A DNA stretch of 64,000 nt from Desulfobacterales bacterium. Lineage in GTDB: Bacteria > Desulfobacterota > Desulfobacteria > Desulfobacterales > JAHDSC01. Position numbers and translations under genes: made by a program. The notes beneath the pieces are model-generated. The model made no database searches and was not told the origin of the DNA. It saw only the letters and a list, made by a program, of their open reading frames with translations. The stretch is taken from contig JAXGJZ010000008.1 in NCBI GenBank assembly GCA_040769985.1, positions 21,394 to 85,393 of the forward strand, given 5' to 3'. Below, one piece after another: positions 18,345-29,367 of the stretch; within the stretch, counting starts at the first letter, position 1, and each line of letters begins with the position of its first letter.

Positions 18345-21300
18345 TCAAAATTCAATCGGCGTCGCATCGGATTCGTTTCCTTTTTCCCTGTACGGAACCT
18401 CCACAGAAATTTTGGTACCTTTCCCCGGAACGGATTGTATTCGGAAGTTACCGCTGAGGAGACTGGCCCTCTCTTTCATGCTCCGAAGCCCCATCCGTTT
18501 CTCATTTAACGCATCGGCCATCCGATTTTTCTGATCAAAGCCATTGCCGTCATCTTCTATTCGAAGGATGATATTCGGAAAGGATGCAACCAGCCGGATT
18601 CTCACATTCGCCGCATCCGCATGCATGCAAACATTATTCAGCGCTTCCTGAATGATACGGTACAGGTTGATTTCGGTATCGAAATCAAGCCTCACATCCT
18701 TCAGGCCGGCGGAAAAAAAATCAACCTCCAGACCGGCTTTTTTTGAAAAATCGTCACAATACTGATGAACGGTCTGAACGAGTCCCAGCTGATTCAACAT
18801 GTCGGGATGAAGATCATAGGACAGATCCCGAACAACCCGGATAATTTGCTGAAGTACCCTGGAAAATTCCGCAACACGCTTTTCGACATCATAAGAAACG
18901 GCCGTTTCCTTGTCAAAAAGGGTTTCACATCCGATTCTCAGCATGGAAAGGTCCTGGGCCACGCTGTCGTGCAGGTAACGGGAAATTTCCCGGCGTTCCT
19001 CTTCCTGGGCGGTTATGAGTCTCTGGGTCAAGGCGTGAATATGTTTTTCGGCCCATTTGCGGTCGGAAATATCCTGGTAATGAGCCAGGTATCCCGTGAA
19101 AGCGCCTTTCTTTTTTCCGACAATGGGTGTGATCAGCACATCCAGATCCATTTTTCCGGATTTGGCTGTTTGGTACAAATTAAGCGGCTTGAGCTGATCA
19201 AAATCGTAAACTTCTTCAAACCGAATCGATTGCCCGGCACGCAGTCTTTCTTTCATGTGATCCGGAATATTCGGATGATTAAAGATCGTACAGCCTTTCA
19301 TTTGCTCCGGCCCGGGTATGCCGAAAAGCTCCAGGTCGGCTCGGTTTGCATCGATCAGCCGGTCATCCGAATCGTACAGTTCGATACCGATCGGCGATTC
19401 TTCAAAAATGGTTCTGAATTTTTCCTCGCTGGCCTGAAGGGCCTTCTCGGCAAGCCTCTGTTCCGTGATATCCCGGGTGATCTGTATGAAGTTTTCAACC
19501 TCTCCGGATTCGTTTTTCAGCGGAACGCTGTAACAATCCAGGTAACTTTTCTCCTTTTCCCCCCGCAACCGGTCATAGCACAGGATCGCCCTTTCGATTT
19601 TACCGGTTTCTTTGGCCTTTATGGTCGGGCACCCGTTACAGGGCGTGGCTCGGCCGACAAAAAATTCATAGCATGTCCGGCCGATGAGATCTTCAGGGAT
19701 CATATCCAGTCCCTTGGCGGTTGTTTTATTCGCCCAAAGAATTTTCATGTCTTTATCGGAGTAACGAATCCTGTCGATGGATGCGTCAAGGATTGCCTGT
19801 TTCTGGGCTTGACTTTTCCGGAGGGCTTCTTCCGTCAGTCGGCGGGCGCTGATGTCACGAATCGATTCGATGGCACCGACGACTTTTCCTTCCTGATCAC
19901 ATATCGGGCTGGCCTTTATCCACAGGAACAATTTTTGATTATTAAAAGCGATCGACTCGGCCGTTTCGGCGGTCAGGCCGCTCTTTTCTTCCGTAAAAAG
20001 ACTGTATTCTTCTTTATTGATTTTTATGTCGGGCCTCAGCACCAGATCAATCAGTCCGGGGATTCTTTCGCCATGGAACGGGAGTGAGTATTCATAGTTT
20101 CCTTTGCCCAGCATATCTTCGGCTTTTACACCGGACATCTCTTCCATTGCCGGGTTCCAGGCAACGATCCTGCCTTCGAGATCGATGGCGAAAACGGCAT
20201 CCGGAAGAGAATGAATGATTTCCGACAATCTTTGTCTGGACTCGATAAGCGCCTTCTCGGCCCTGATACGCTCGGTAACATCCTCACCGGCTCCGTAGGA
20301 ATGCCATCCGTGAATCGGAAATGTTTCCGATACGTTGGACCAGCGGATGGTCTTCATGCCGCCGTCCTTGCAGGTAAGCTCCCATTCCCAGTGATGAAAA
20401 TCGGAGCCTCGCTCCAGCCGTTCCGCCATCATCCGCCCGCGATAGGCATCATCCGGGCATAAAAGCTCCCAGGCCTTCGGGTTGTCGATTATTTCATCCG
20501 CACGATATCCGGTCACCCTTTCACATTCCTTGTTCCATGCGACGATGTTGCGATCTGCGTCCAAGGCATTCATCATCACCGGCATGTTCTGAACCAAGGA
20601 ATATAGCCGCTCCCGGCTTTTCCTCAGATCCTCTTCCATCTTTTTCTGCCGGATGATGTCCAGGCGCGCGTTGATGAAAAGAAACAGAACGGAAAATCCG
20701 ATGAACAGACATAATACCGAAATGATGTACCCGCTATTTTCGATGAGTGCGGTCGATCGGTTTTTAAGAACCCACTGGATGTTTCCCAGGTAAAAAATAT
20801 TCCAACCGGGGCAATAATCCACATTTCGTCTTCGAATCAGATACTGAGTACCGGATGGATCCACCGCAAAATTGCCGTCGATGATTTCCAGGCCGGTCCA
20901 ATTCCGGGATTCTTTCATTAATGGATATTTATTACCGGTTGCGGCGATCTCCCCGGAAGAAGGCTTCCACAAGAAATGATAGAGCCAGCTTGTATGATTG
21001 GAAGCAAATACAATCCCATCTGAATCCGTAAGTAACCAGATCGCGTCATCGTCAAGAAAGTAATTTTTTTCCAAAATATCGACCGTGGCTTTAATGACCG
21101 CGCAACCGATCACAGAGTCCGGACTTTTCCCATATATCGGATGGCTGTAATATATCCCCCTTTCTTTTGATGTTACCCCTAAACCCATAAAAAGCCCGGG
21201 GATACCTTGAAGCGCCTGCTGGAAATAGGGACGAAACGCGTAGTTCTTCCCAATAAAACTGTTTGGTTCCCGGCGATTGGAAGAGGCGATGGTATTTCCG

Positions 21301-21626
21301 TGAACGTCTATCAGATAACAGACGCCGACATCCAAAGAATCACGGAAATGATCCAAAACGGAATTCGCCTGCGCCAGATTGGGTTCATCCGGAATTTCGA
21401 GCGCTTCCCGCAATTCATTCAACCCCGCCAGCGCCTTTACGGTTTTGACGTTCCCGGAAATAAAGGAAGAAATACAGTCTTCAATGCTCAGCGCATCCAA
21501 TGAAATACGCCTCTCGGCTGCATTGAGCATGGATTTTTTCAGGAATGCGTGGTAAAGATATCCTCCGGAAAATGCGGATATCAGGGTGAACAAAGACAAG
21601 ACGACGAGAGTCGTTCGAAGTTTCAT
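18345..21626 (-). CDS. Cache/multi-PAS sensor histidine kinase (HisKA_3 type)
   Basis: TM-Cache (NYAFRPYFQ)-TM, four PAS/PAC domains, H-box ERREISRYLHD, QEALNN, DDGNGF and GLRSMKER. Confidence 0.92.
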   Translation of the reverse strand: MKLRTTLVVLSLFTLISAFSGGYLYHAFLKKSMLNAAERRISLDALSIEDCISSFISGNVKTVKALAGLNELREALEIPDEPNLAQANSVLDHFRDSLDVGVCYLIDVHGNTIASSNRREPNSFIGKNYAFRPYFQQALQGIPGLFMGLGVTSKERGIYYSHPIYGKSPDSVIGCAVIKATVDILEKNYFLDDDAIWLLTDSDGIVFASNHTSWLYHFLWKPSSGEIAATGNKYPLMKESRNWTGLEIIDGNFAVDPSGTQYLIRRRNVDYCPGWNIFYLGNIQWVLKNRSTALIENSGYIISVLCLFIGFSVLFLFINARLDIIRQKKMEEDLRKSRERLYSLVQNMPVMMNALDADRNIVAWNKECERVTGYRADEIIDNPKAWELLCPDDAYRGRMMAERLERGSDFHHWEWELTCKDGGMKTIRWSNVSETFPIHGWHSYGAGEDVTERIRAEKALIESRQRLSEIIHSLPDAVFAIDLEGRIVAWNPAMEEMSGVKAEDMLGKGNYEYSLPFHGERIPGLIDLVLRPDIKINKEEYSLFTEEKSGLTAETAESIAFNNQKLFLWIKASPICDQEGKVVGAIESIRDISARRLTEEALRKSQAQKQAILDASIDRIRYSDKDMKILWANKTTAKGLDMIPEDLIGRTCYEFFVGRATPCNGCPTIKAKETGKIERAILCYDRLRGEKEKSYLDCYSVPLKNESGEVENFIQITRDITEQRLAEKALQASEEKFRTIFEESPIGIELYDSDDRLIDANRADLELFGIPGPEQMKGCTIFNHPNIPDHMKERLRAGQSIRFEEVYDFDQLKPLNLYQTAKSGKMDLDVLITPIVGKKKGAFTGYLAHYQDISDRKWAEKHIHALTQRLITAQEEERREISRYLHDSVAQDLSMLRIGCETLFDKETAVSYDVEKRVAEFSRVLQQIIRVVRDLSYDLHPDMLNQLGLVQTVHQYCDDFSKKAGLEVDFFSAGLKDVRLDFDTEINLYRIIQEALNNVCMHADAANVRIRLVASFPNIILRIEDDGNGFDQKNRMADALNEKRMGLRSMKERASLLSGNFRIQSVPGKGTKISVEVPYREKGNESDATPIEF

Positions 21627-21855
21627 TTTGCGATTTCCTTATCCCGGTGAGAAAATCATATGGCATGCCCCCACGATTTCCAAACGCATACGGTGCGTTT
21701 CCCGTTTCTTTCCGTGGACTTGCCTGAATTTTGAATATCAGAGAAAATTTTCTTTACCCATTTTTCTAAAAATCGCTTCTCAGGATTGCCTTTTAATTGA
21801 CTCCGGATGTTAGGCAAACCTGACGGCATTTGAGAGCTTTGAAAGGAAGCAGGCA

Positions 21856-22425
21856 ATGATGGATTTTTTAGAGCTTCTGGTAAAAAGACGATCCATCCGG
21901 GATTTTCTGGAAAAGGCGGTCCCCCCGGATACGATCATGGAAATCATTAAGGATAGCTGTCTTGCTCCCAGCGCCGGTAATGATCAACCCTGGCGGTTTA
22001 TCATTGTCGGCAACAAGGACTTGATGAAAAAACTTTCGGATGAAAGCAAGAAAAACCTGTTAGTGGATTTTGCCAAAAATCCGAGTTCTCCCATGAAAAG
22101 GTATATGCAGATTCTGCAGGATCCGGCCTACAATGTGTTTTATAATGCACCCTGCCTCGTATTCATCGTGGAATCAACGGAACACCGGCCTCCATATGTG
22201 GATTGTGCCCTTGCCGCCGGTTATTTCATGTTTTCCGCCACCGCGAGAGGTCTGGGAACCTGCTGGATCGGCCTGGGTGCGAATATCAGGGAACCCGAAC
22301 TCCTCAAAGAAATCGGCATACCGGAAGGCCATATCATTGTGGCCCCGATTATTGTCGGCTATCCCAAAAGCATCCCGACGGAGATTTATCGAAAAGATCC
22401 CCGGATTCTGAAAATCATCCCGTAA
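21856..22425 (+). CDS. Nitroreductase-family protein
   Basis: RRSIR, APSAGNDQPW and GLGTCWIG motifs. Confidence 0.93.
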   Translation: MMDFLELLVKRRSIRDFLEKAVPPDTIMEIIKDSCLAPSAGNDQPWRFIIVGNKDLMKKLSDESKKNLLVDFAKNPSSPMKRYMQILQDPAYNVFYNAPCLVFIVESTEHRPPYVDCALAAGYFMFSATARGLGTCWIGLGANIREPELLKEIGIPEGHIIVAPIIVGYPKSIPTEIYRKDPRILKIIP

Positions 22426-22490
22426 TCCGGTATCACGCCGGGGTCTGAGGAAAATGCTCCATTTCGTTCCGGTTCATGGAAAACTATCAT

Positions 22491-22576
22491 TTGAACCCTT
22501 GGAATACATGGAGTGTTTCGATAATTGAAGAACCCCGCGGCAAGCCGCGGGAAATGCGCTCCCTGTTGCGGTTCAA
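22491..22576 (+). repeat. Dispersed palindromic repeat / MITE-like element, fullest copy (86 bp)
   Basis: Ends TTGAACC...GGTTCAA; internal hairpin CCCGCGGC-AA-GCCGCGGG. Confidence 0.75.
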
Positions 22577-25059
22577 GCGGATTGTTTTTTCTCCTTCCTT
22601 CCTTTTTTTCCTCCCTTCGGCTTCTCTTCTCCGGTTTCAGCGAACTTCTTCATCCCTTCGGCCAATTGCTTCAACTTTTCATCGACCAGAAAGTTGATGG
22701 TATCTTCCGGATAGGTGCCGTCCGGTTTTTTTTCACCCGCTTTTTTGCGGGTCAGTATTTCGATTCCCTCGTCAATGGTTTTCACCGCGAAGATATGGAA
22801 TTTTCCTTGGCTCACCGCGTCCACCACATCTTTTCGCAGCATCAAATCCTTGACATTGCGATCCGGTATCATTACCCCCTGATTGTCGGTGAACCCGATT
22901 TTCCGGCAGCAGTCGTAGAACCCCTCGATTTTTTCATTAACCCCGCCGATGGCCTGGATTTCTCCTTTCTGGTTAACGGAACCGGTGACCGCGATATCCT
23001 GCCTCAAGGGCACGCCGGAAAGGCTGGACAGCAGGGCGTAGATTTCAGTCGAAGAAGCGCTGTCCCCGTCCACGCCGCTGTAAGACTGTTCAAATGCAAT
23101 GCTGGCGCTCACGGTCAAGGGCTTGTTCTGGGCATACTTTTCTCTTAAGTATCCGCTTAAAATCAGCACCCCTTTATTGTACGTACTCCCCGACAACTCG
23201 GCCTCCCTTTCAATATTGATAATGCCCGCGCGCCCCATGGAAACCGACGCGGTAATACGGGAAGGTTTGCCGAACATGTAATCTCCGATATTATAAACGG
23301 CAAGCCCGTTAACCTGCCCGACCTTCTCTCCTTTCACATCGATCATCAGGGTTCCCCGATCGATCATTTCCTGGATATGTTCTTCAATCATGTTGGAACG
23401 GTAAACCCTGGCTTCAATCGCCTGTTCCACATGCTTTCCCTGTACTACGGATTCGTTTTCCTCCCCGGCCCAGTAATCGGCCTCCCGCATGATATCGGTT
23501 ACGACGGGAAAACTGGTTGTGATCTTTTCCTGCCGTTCCGTCATACGAACCGCATGCTCGATCAAGGCGGAAATGGCGGTTCTGTCAAAAGGCTTCAATC
23601 CATCCTCGTCTTTTTTCATTCTGATAAATTCCGCGAACTGGCGAATGGTGTTCTCGTTCCTGTCCATTGAGGTGTCAAAATCCGCCCTCACCTTAAAAAT
23701 TTTCGGGACATCCGGATCATAGGCAAAAAGCAGTTGATACAGATGGGAATCCGAAATGACAACGACCTTGATATCCATTTCAATGGGTTCCGGTTTCAAA
23801 GTGGTCGTTGTAAACAGGTAAAAAGGATCATACGTCTGGATCTCCATCTTTTTTGTCTTGAGCGCTCTCTTTAGCGCCGGCCATACCCCAGGTTCCACAA
23901 TGGAATCGAGAAGATTCAAAACCAGGTACCCTCCGTTGGCCTTGATCAATGACCCCGCCTTGATTTTGCTGAAATCGGTCTTCCAGACCCCGCTTCGATC
24001 GACCACCCGTTCAATGCTCCCGAAAAGATTCCGGTAAGTCGGATAAGTTTCGACAATAACCGGCGGACCCTTTTGTTCCGCATTGTCCACCAAAAGATTA
24101 ATCTGATAAGGCTGAAAAGCATCACCCGTAGGAAGTACAAATGGCAGTCCTGGAATGGCGGACTGTCCGGCGGCGATAAAAATCTGTAAATTGTCGGCCA
24201 TATCTTCCAGCATGTCATTCAGGTAGGTATCGATCAATTCGTTGTTGAACTTGTCTCTCAGGGGTACGGCTGTTTCCGATGCCATTTTCAGGAACATGAA
24301 TCGATCCATTTTTTCAACATTTCCGTGGATCTGTTTTTGCAGATCCCTGAGTTCGAGAAAAATTTGGTCAATCTCCTCCCTGAGCCTTTCCCGCTTCTTT
24401 TTCAATTCCTCGAATTCTTCTTTTGGAAATCTTCCCCGTTCGACCAGATCTTCGACCTGGTCGATATGTACCGGCTTGCCGTCGATCAACGGCATGACCT
24501 CGGGTCGCTGGATCTGCCCCATCTGAATATCCACCAGGGCGAATCCCTGTTCTCTGATTTTCTTATCCAGATCTTTAAAAAATTCTTTTGCCTTTTTTTC
24601 ATATTCTTCCGTGATTTCTTTTTTCCGGTTGAGGTAATCCTGGCTTGAAAAAAGCTGTGGAATCTGTTTCTTGAGAGATTCAACAAATTCGTGAATTTCT
24701 TTCTTTAATATTTTGCCTTCCCCCGCCTTGAGTCGCAGGAGAACGGGCGCTTCCGGATTCTTGAAGTTGTTGATATAGCAAAGGTCATCCGGTACGATTT
24801 TCTTTTTTTCGGCGATTTCCGCAAGCAATTTTCGAACCGTGGATGTTCTCCCTGTTCCCGGCGCCCCTGTTACGAGCACATTGTATCCCTGTTTCTCAAT
24901 TCCCATCGCAAATCGAAAGGCTTCCACCCCTCTTTTCTGGCCGACAATCTCTTTGAGGGGATTCAGATCTTCGGTGGTTTCAAATGGAAGGGCGGCGGGA
25001 TCCAGCCGCCATCTGAGTTTATCAATCGTCACTTTCTTATCTGATGAATTCGTGGACAT
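22573..25059 (-). CDS. Lon-like (LonC/S16) protease
   Basis: Degenerate Walker A GAPGTGRT, ANGGYL, catalytic GVDGDSAS Ser and GGVNEKIEGF Lys. Confidence 0.92.
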   Translation of the reverse strand: MSTNSSDKKVTIDKLRWRLDPAALPFETTEDLNPLKEIVGQKRGVEAFRFAMGIEKQGYNVLVTGAPGTGRTSTVRKLLAEIAEKKKIVPDDLCYINNFKNPEAPVLLRLKAGEGKILKKEIHEFVESLKKQIPQLFSSQDYLNRKKEITEEYEKKAKEFFKDLDKKIREQGFALVDIQMGQIQRPEVMPLIDGKPVHIDQVEDLVERGRFPKEEFEELKKKRERLREEIDQIFLELRDLQKQIHGNVEKMDRFMFLKMASETAVPLRDKFNNELIDTYLNDMLEDMADNLQIFIAAGQSAIPGLPFVLPTGDAFQPYQINLLVDNAEQKGPPVIVETYPTYRNLFGSIERVVDRSGVWKTDFSKIKAGSLIKANGGYLVLNLLDSIVEPGVWPALKRALKTKKMEIQTYDPFYLFTTTTLKPEPIEMDIKVVVISDSHLYQLLFAYDPDVPKIFKVRADFDTSMDRNENTIRQFAEFIRMKKDEDGLKPFDRTAISALIEHAVRMTERQEKITTSFPVVTDIMREADYWAGEENESVVQGKHVEQAIEARVYRSNMIEEHIQEMIDRGTLMIDVKGEKVGQVNGLAVYNIGDYMFGKPSRITASVSMGRAGIINIEREAELSGSTYNKGVLILSGYLREKYAQNKPLTVSASIAFEQSYSGVDGDSASSTEIYALLSSLSGVPLRQDIAVTGSVNQKGEIQAIGGVNEKIEGFYDCCRKIGFTDNQGVMIPDRNVKDLMLRKDVVDAVSQGKFHIFAVKTIDEGIEILTRKKAGEKKPDGTYPEDTINFLVDEKLKQLAEGMKKFAETGEEKPKGGKKGRKEKKQSA

Positions 25060-25204
25060 CGACGGACTCCTCGTTTTTTAATTGATTTCAAACTGCTTTC
25101 CGATACTTCCATTTTTCGATACGCTTCCTGACCGTTATCAATTCCGTTCGAGTGTTCCTCAGCCTGATAAAAAATGCCGCGCGGGCAATGATTTCAATTG
25201 CAAA

Positions 25205-25651
25205 TCATTCGACCTTTATTTTAACAGCGGGCGCTTTTTCGGGCTTGCATTTCGGCATGACAATCGTCAGGATCTCATCTTTGTAAGAAGCCTCGACATC
25301 TTCCGTCCTTATCCGGCAAGGGATTTGAATGGTTCGAGCGAAAGAGCCATGTCTTCTTTCCGTTCGATGATAGTTCTCGCTTTCCTTAACGAATTCCTGC
25401 TTCAGCTCGCCTTTGATGGTGAGCATATCGCCGCTGATCACAATATCCAGATCCTCCGGATTCAAACCGGCGATCTTGGCCTTTATAATCAGCTCGCTCT
25501 CCGTTTCAGACAAATCAATCGAAGGCACCTGCCCGGCAATTCCCTTGAAAAAAGGCATTCCGAAGTCCTTCCTCAGCCTGAACATGAGACGCTCCATATC
25601 CCTTTTCAATTTGTCGATTTCACGATCTTTCCAGATGATCAACTCCGGCAT
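25205..25651 (-). CDS. Hsp20/alpha-crystallin small heat-shock protein
   Basis: ERRHGSFARTI...ASYKDEILTIVMPK motif. Confidence 0.93.
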   Translation of the reverse strand: MPELIIWKDREIDKLKRDMERLMFRLRKDFGMPFFKGIAGQVPSIDLSETESELIIKAKIAGLNPEDLDIVISGDMLTIKGELKQEFVKESENYHRTERRHGSFARTIQIPCRIRTEDVEASYKDEILTIVMPKCKPEKAPAVKIKVE

Positions 25652-25789
25652 GATTAACCCTCCTTTTTAAACAAGAAAAGCTTTTTTCAGTTTGATTTAT
25701 TTTAAAAGCTGCTTCCGGAATATGCAAGTAATTTCAAAATCTGCCCCGAATCCGGGCTTGAAACGGAATGGCAGGTGGTGTTTTCGTTC

Positions 25790-26812
25790 TTAATCGGTCA
25801 ATCGGATTTCTTCAGCGAGATCTTCGGGAGAGATGATCACGATAACTTCATCATGACCTTTTTCAAAATAATTCACGTCACTCGTTCCCAGCGGCGGGAG
25901 GCTGACTCTGGGAACGGTCCGAGCCTGTATCCAGAAACCGTCGTCGTCTTCGAGGCTCATCAGAAGTGTCATATTCAAATTATTCAGATGCATCCGGTGG
26001 AAGGACTTCAACAACCGGGTCAACCCCCGGGCATATGAATCCAGGGTCTCATCCGTTAGATCCCGGATGGAACTCATGTTCTTGAAAATGGAAAGGATTT
26101 CGCCGAACATCCCGCCCGGGCTGAAAAGAGAAATAAACTCGATTCCACCATAATTGAAGAGGTATCTGCTTTTGTTTTGTTTTTCAAACTCGACCAGGTC
26201 CGCCCAGTAATTTGCGCCATGAACCATCTTATAATCGGCGGACGATCTCATCAGCCGGCCATGAAAGTGGGTCGGGCGGCGGTTGACGACTACCTGAATA
26301 TGAGGATGAATCAGTCCGCCTCCGGAACCCGGCATGTAGTTCCAGTTAATCGAAGCATATGAGACATCCCGAGCGTTTGCCTTGATCCGTTCGATAAAAA
26401 GGGTGCTCGCTTTGAGGGCGCTGAATAGTTTTTCGACGGAAAATCGGTCCAGAGATATATAGTGTTCGTCTGAGATCACGGTAACCCCGCAGTAGCGGCT
26501 GTAAGGAAACGCGTTGGGCAAAACGGTCGAGCGGCCGAAACATATCCGGCCCTCGGGAACGAGGTCGGCGGGAAATTTCGGAGTGGATCTTTCAAGATTT
26601 TCGGGACAGAAAGGACAATTTTGTCTGGAGGCTTCGATCATTTCCGGTTCATGAGATGCTTGCGGGAATCGCATCCGGGATTTGAGAACGCGGGATACCG
26701 TGCCGGTAAAACAATCCTTTCGGATTTCAACCGGAATGGCTTTTTCGGTAAACCCTTCGCTGAAATCCAGCATCCGTGCCTCAACCGTATGCTTTTCAAA
26801 TAGATTCTCCAT
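25790..26812 (-). CDS. GalT-like HIT nucleotidyltransferase
   Basis: CPFCP, PNAFPY and HPHIQ (HxHxQ) motifs. Confidence 0.8.
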   Translation of the reverse strand: MENLFEKHTVEARMLDFSEGFTEKAIPVEIRKDCFTGTVSRVLKSRMRFPQASHEPEMIEASRQNCPFCPENLERSTPKFPADLVPEGRICFGRSTVLPNAFPYSRYCGVTVISDEHYISLDRFSVEKLFSALKASTLFIERIKANARDVSYASINWNYMPGSGGGLIHPHIQVVVNRRPTHFHGRLMRSSADYKMVHGANYWADLVEFEKQNKSRYLFNYGGIEFISLFSPGGMFGEILSIFKNMSSIRDLTDETLDSYARGLTRLLKSFHRMHLNNLNMTLLMSLEDDDGFWIQARTVPRVSLPPLGTSDVNYFEKGHDEVIVIISPEDLAEEIRLTD

Positions 26813-26933
26813 GATTGATCCCCCCCTTTCTGCGCTCCCGTCAACCGGTGGCGAGCCGTTTTCTTATTAGCCGTTTTTCAAGGGTACGCAAAAACCGAAT
26901 CGTTTCGCGCCTCGATGCTTTATCAAAAAACGA

Positions 26934-28091
26934 TCACAAATAAAATCTCGGTACGCGGTCCGTGACGGTAGATACGACTTCGTAGTTGATCGTTTCGAGG
27001 ACGGCGGCAATTTCATCGACGGTGATCGTCAAATTGCCCTGTTTTCCGAAAATGACCACCTCATCTTCCAGACGGATATCCGGAATATGGCCCACATCCA
27101 GCATGGTGAGGTCCATGCAGATGCGGCCCACTACCGGCGCTCGCTGTCCCCCGACCAGCATCTGTCCGCAGGAAGACAACCGGCGATTATATCCATCCGC
27201 ATAACCGACCGGCACGGTGGCAACGGTGGTGGATTTTGGAGTTTCATAGGTCATGCCGTAACTGATTTTGAAACCGGCAGGCACTTTTTTCAAGTGAATC
27301 ACCCGGCTTTTCAATTCCATAGCCGGTTTCAATTCCACCCGGTTTTTATTCACCTCATCGGACGGATACAGGCCGTAAAGGGAAATGCCGCCTCTCACCA
27401 TATCGAGATGGGTTTCAGGCATATCGATAATCGCCGCGCTGTTGGCGGCATGTTTTATCGGAATCTCCAGGCCGGTAAGCCGAAGCCGGTTCAAAAAATC
27501 CATGAACCGTTCAAACTGCTTTACGGCATATGATTTATCCAGGCTGTCGGCGGTTGCAAAGTGGGTAAAAACACCCTCCAGTTCAAGACCGCCAAGACAT
27601 CCGATGGCGTTTGCTTCATGGATCGCGTCGTTTTTAAAATCACCGCCCCGAGCGGGTGTACCGAATCCGTTGGAAGATATGCCGAGTCTTCCCATTCCGG
27701 AGTCCACCTTTAGATGAATCTTGATCTTTTTGCCATGCGAAGCCGCCATCCTGGAGAGTGCCTCGGCTGTTCTCAATGAAAATACGGTCTGCGTAAGATC
27801 AAATTCAAGAAGCTTTTCCGCAAATACGGACTGCGTATGGCCCAGAATCAAGATCGGCGCATCAATCCCGGAGTTCCGGAGTTGTATGCCTTCCCCCAGT
27901 CTCGCCACCCCCAGAAAGCAGGCACCGTTTTGCAGGGCTGTCTTTGCCACTTCAATCATGCCGTGCCCGTAGGCGTTTGCTTTCACAACCGCCATCAACC
28001 GAGCGGACGGATGGGTAACCCGCCTCAGTTCACGCACGTTGTGAGCGATCGCCTTCCGATCAACTTCCGCCCATATCAATGGAAAATCCAA
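26934..28091 (-). CDS. alr: Alanine racemase
   Basis: AVVKANAYGHG (PLP Lys), HLKVDSGMGRLG, GYADG and GRICMD. Start set to TTG 28091 after a GAGGT SD. Confidence 0.95.
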   Translation of the reverse strand: MDFPLIWAEVDRKAIAHNVRELRRVTHPSARLMAVVKANAYGHGMIEVAKTALQNGACFLGVARLGEGIQLRNSGIDAPILILGHTQSVFAEKLLEFDLTQTVFSLRTAEALSRMAASHGKKIKIHLKVDSGMGRLGISSNGFGTPARGGDFKNDAIHEANAIGCLGGLELEGVFTHFATADSLDKSYAVKQFERFMDFLNRLRLTGLEIPIKHAANSAAIIDMPETHLDMVRGGISLYGLYPSDEVNKNRVELKPAMELKSRVIHLKKVPAGFKISYGMTYETPKSTTVATVPVGYADGYNRRLSSCGQMLVGGQRAPVVGRICMDLTMLDVGHIPDIRLEDEVVIFGKQGNLTITVDEIAAVLETINYEVVSTVTDRVPRFYL

Positions 28092-28254
28092 AAATTTTAC
28101 CTCGAAAATCAGGTTTCTTCGTTTTTTTTTATCATGCAATCGGACGGTCTCAAACCCATACCGGCCGTCCGGCATCCGGTCGGCAAATCTTGAACCCGGC
28201 CGAAAATATGCCCGGATGGCATCAATTGCTGAGTGCGCGAAAACGAAAACGATG

Positions 28255-29367
28255 CTACAACAAACTGTCAATCGGCTTCCAATCGAGACCGAAAGCCTCC
28301 GCAACCCCCTTGCAGGTGATCTTTCCCAAAACCACGTTGGCGCCGCTCTTGATTTCGGGATTATCCTTGAATGCTTTTTTCCATCCTTTATTCGCAATTT
28401 CGACGGCATACGGCAAAGTCGCATTGGTCAAAGCCAATGTCGAAGTTTTTGCAACGGCACCCGGCATATTGGCCACGCAATAATGCAACACGCCGTCCAC
28501 GGTAAAAACCGGATCGGAATGCGTTGTCGGCTTCGATGTTTCAAAACAGCCCCCCTGATCGATCGAAACATCCAGAAGAACCGCTCCTTTTTTGATTATC
28601 TTCAGCATCTCCCGGTCGATTATCTTTGGTGCTTTCGCCCCCGGGACAAGAACAGCGCCCACAATTATGTCGGCCTCCGTTAGGAGTTTGCGGATCGTCA
28701 CCGGGCTGGATGCCAGAAGAAAGCAGTTTGGAGGCATGACATCGCTGAGATATCGCAACCGGTCCAGCCGGACATCGAGAAGATATACCTTTGCCCCCAT
28801 CCCGCAAGCGATCTTGGCTGCATTGGTTCCCACCTTGCCGCCTCCGATAACCAGAACCGTCCCCGGATCGACTCCCGGTACCCCGCCAAGCAAAATCCCC
28901 TGACCGCCATGAATCTTTTCCAGATACCTGGCACCTTGCGGTACGGCCATCCGTCCGGCAATTTCGCTCATCGGCGCCAGCAGCGGCAGGGAGCCGTCCG
29001 CCGTTTGAATCGTTTCGTACGCGATACCGACGGAACCGCTTTTTATAAGAACACGGGTCAATTCTTCCATGGCGGCCAGGTGAAGAAAGGTAAAAATGAT
29101 CTGGCCTTCTCGAATCCAGTCATATTCGGAGGGCAACGGCTCTTTCACATGCATCACCATTTCGCAGCGGTCGTAAACTTCTTTCGGCGTATCGACAAGT
29201 TGCGCTCCGGCCTCGACATACATGGCATCATCGAACCCGCTCCCTTTCCCCGCTTCTTTCTCGATCCAGACGCGATGCCCGTTTTCCTTCATTACCGCCG
29301 CCCCGGAGGGGGTCATGGAAACACGATGTTCCTCCGTCTTGATTTCTTTTAAAATTCCTACGTTCAT
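28255..29367 (-). CDS. ald: Alanine dehydrogenase
   Basis: FTFLHLAA, PLLAPMSEIAGR, DQGGCFET and YCVANMPGAV motifs. Confidence 0.95.
   Translation of the reverse strand: MNVGILKEIKTEEHRVSMTPSGAAVMKENGHRVWIEKEAGKGSGFDDAMYVEAGAQLVDTPKEVYDRCEMVMHVKEPLPSEYDWIREGQIIFTFLHLAAMEELTRVLIKSGSVGIAYETIQTADGSLPLLAPMSEIAGRMAVPQGARYLEKIHGGQGILLGGVPGVDPGTVLVIGGGKVGTNAAKIACGMGAKVYLLDVRLDRLRYLSDVMPPNCFLLASSPVTIRKLLTEADIIVGAVLVPGAKAPKIIDREMLKIIKKGAVLLDVSIDQGGCFETSKPTTHSDPVFTVDGVLHYCVANMPGAVAKTSTLALTNATLPYAVEIANKGWKKAFKDNPEIKSGANVVLGKITCKGVAEAFGLDWKPIDSLL

Noticed and set aside
18765..20087. 440-aa plus-strand ORF (likewise 29370-30362, 51630-52535, 36646-37500)
   Set aside because: Antisense to well-supported genes; a codon-bias shadow with no motifs.
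28092..28424. 111-aa N-terminal extension of Alr in the ORF track
   Set aside because: It overlaps the ald 3' end; a TTG with a GAGGT SD at 28091 gives a normal-length racemase.
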